Positions 63,348-64,000 of a stretch of 64,000 nucleotides of DNA are shown here, in pieces; the stretch's first letter is position 1; the number at the start of each line of letters is the position of its first letter. Both the position numbers and the translations under genes were made by a program. The DNA is from Bacilli bacterium (lineage in GTDB: Bacteria > Bacillota_I > Bacilli_A > ML615J-28 > CAG-313). Under the pieces are notes generated by a model. The model had not been told where the DNA came from, searched no databases, and saw only the letters and a program-made list of their open reading frames with translations. The stretch lies in the NCBI GenBank assembly GCA_051872775.1, contig JBJEEE010000088.1:2762-66761 (forward strand). The letters run 5' to 3'.

Positions 63348-64000
63348 CTATATGTTAATTATCTGATAGACTTTGTCGACGTTAGATTCTAATTTATAAT
63401 CTACATCTCCAATTATGTATATTTTTAAATCATTAGTGACAATGATAGCACTATAATTTGTATTATTTAAAATTTGGATTCCTTCTTCAATTCCTAAGAT
63501 GTATACTCCTGTTGATAATCCATCACAAATTAGCGATGATGGACCAATTATAGAAACAGATTTAATATTGCTTGTTGCAGGATAGCCTGTTTGAGGATCA
63601 AGTAAATGATGATACTTCTTATATGTTCCCGTAAATTCATCCCATACTTCGATGTATCGTTTATTTATCCCTGATGTTACAATTGACATATTTTCACATT
63701 GTACATTCATAATTGTATTTCTATCATAGATGTTAAAGTCTGGATTTTCAATTGATATCGGTACAATTGTTGCTTCTGGAGTATAGATATTTGCTAAAAA
63801 GGACTTTCCATATGTTTTAATATTTCCCCCAAGATTAACTGCTATATATGTAAAGCAATCTTTTACTAAATAATCCATAATAAAATCTGCCGCATCCCCT
63901 TTGACAATACCACCTAAATCAAGTTTCATATTTTCTTCTTTTAAAAAGACGGTTTGATTGATTTTATCAATTATTATATTATCAACATCAATTAAGGTTT
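63348..64000 (-). CDS. apbE: Partial, with the N-terminus beyond the window end. FAD:protein FMN transferase ApbE.
   Basis: The ORF stays open in-frame to the window edge (...TLIDVDNIIIDKINQTVFLKEENMKLDLGGIVKGDAAD). LDLGGIVKG is the ApbE signature. Confidence 0.7.
   Translation of the reverse strand, partial: TLIDVDNIIIDKINQTVFLKEENMKLDLGGIVKGDAADFIMDYLVKDCFTYIAVNLGGNIKTYGKSFLANIYTPEATIVPISIENPDFNIYDRNTIMNVQCENMSIVTSGINKRYIEVWDEFTGTYKKYHHLLDPQTGYPATSNIKSVSIIGPSSLICDGLSTGVYILGIEEGIQILNNTNYSAIIVTNDLKIYIIGDVDYKLESNVDKVYQIINI

Overview
This is a low-GC (about 30% GC) Firmicutes chromosomal segment that uses the standard genetic code (TGA is stop). Most genes lie on the minus strand. The organism is evidently a spore-former, because it has yabP-yabQ homologues and a pair of small CotF-like genes. 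The housekeeping backbone consists of an ABC-F ATPase, M29 and M18 aminopeptidases, rpmE, murA, an aspartase with a DppA-like M55 peptidase, galU, tRNA-Tyr and tRNA-Gln, yabP/yabQ, lysS, htpG (carrying a perfect CIRCE operator), hslO, an M42 peptidase, maf, an S4-domain gene (yabO/rqcP-like), ftsH, tilS, ddl, a murF-like ligase, an alpha/beta hydrolase, the operon sufC-sufD-sufS-sufU-sufB, and a partial apbE. The accessory content is more unusual. A 16.9-kb gene (9639..26531, minus strand) encodes a 5,630-aa acidic protein with an N-terminal polytopic membrane module, followed by at least 9-10 tandem helical repeats of about 185 aa; near-identical nucleotide blocks recur about 1.1 kb apart inside it. 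Directly upstream is a 992-aa paralogue that shares the same N-terminal membrane module and appears to be co-transcribed with murA. Other accessory genes are a 1,290-aa BspA-type leucine-rich-repeat (LRR) surface protein with an N-terminal membrane anchor, a DUF1700(HAAS)-TM-DUF4097 envelope protein with a small membrane partner, an ABC-2 transporter pair, and between them the frameshifted remnant of a two-component system (response-regulator N-terminus fused to a histidine-kinase H-box). The murF-like ligase has a polytopic membrane N-terminal extension in place of the canonical N-domain. A large partial GHL10-family secreted protein with a repetitive C-terminal tail occupies 1..3657. No CRISPR array, rRNA gene or obvious mobile element was seen.
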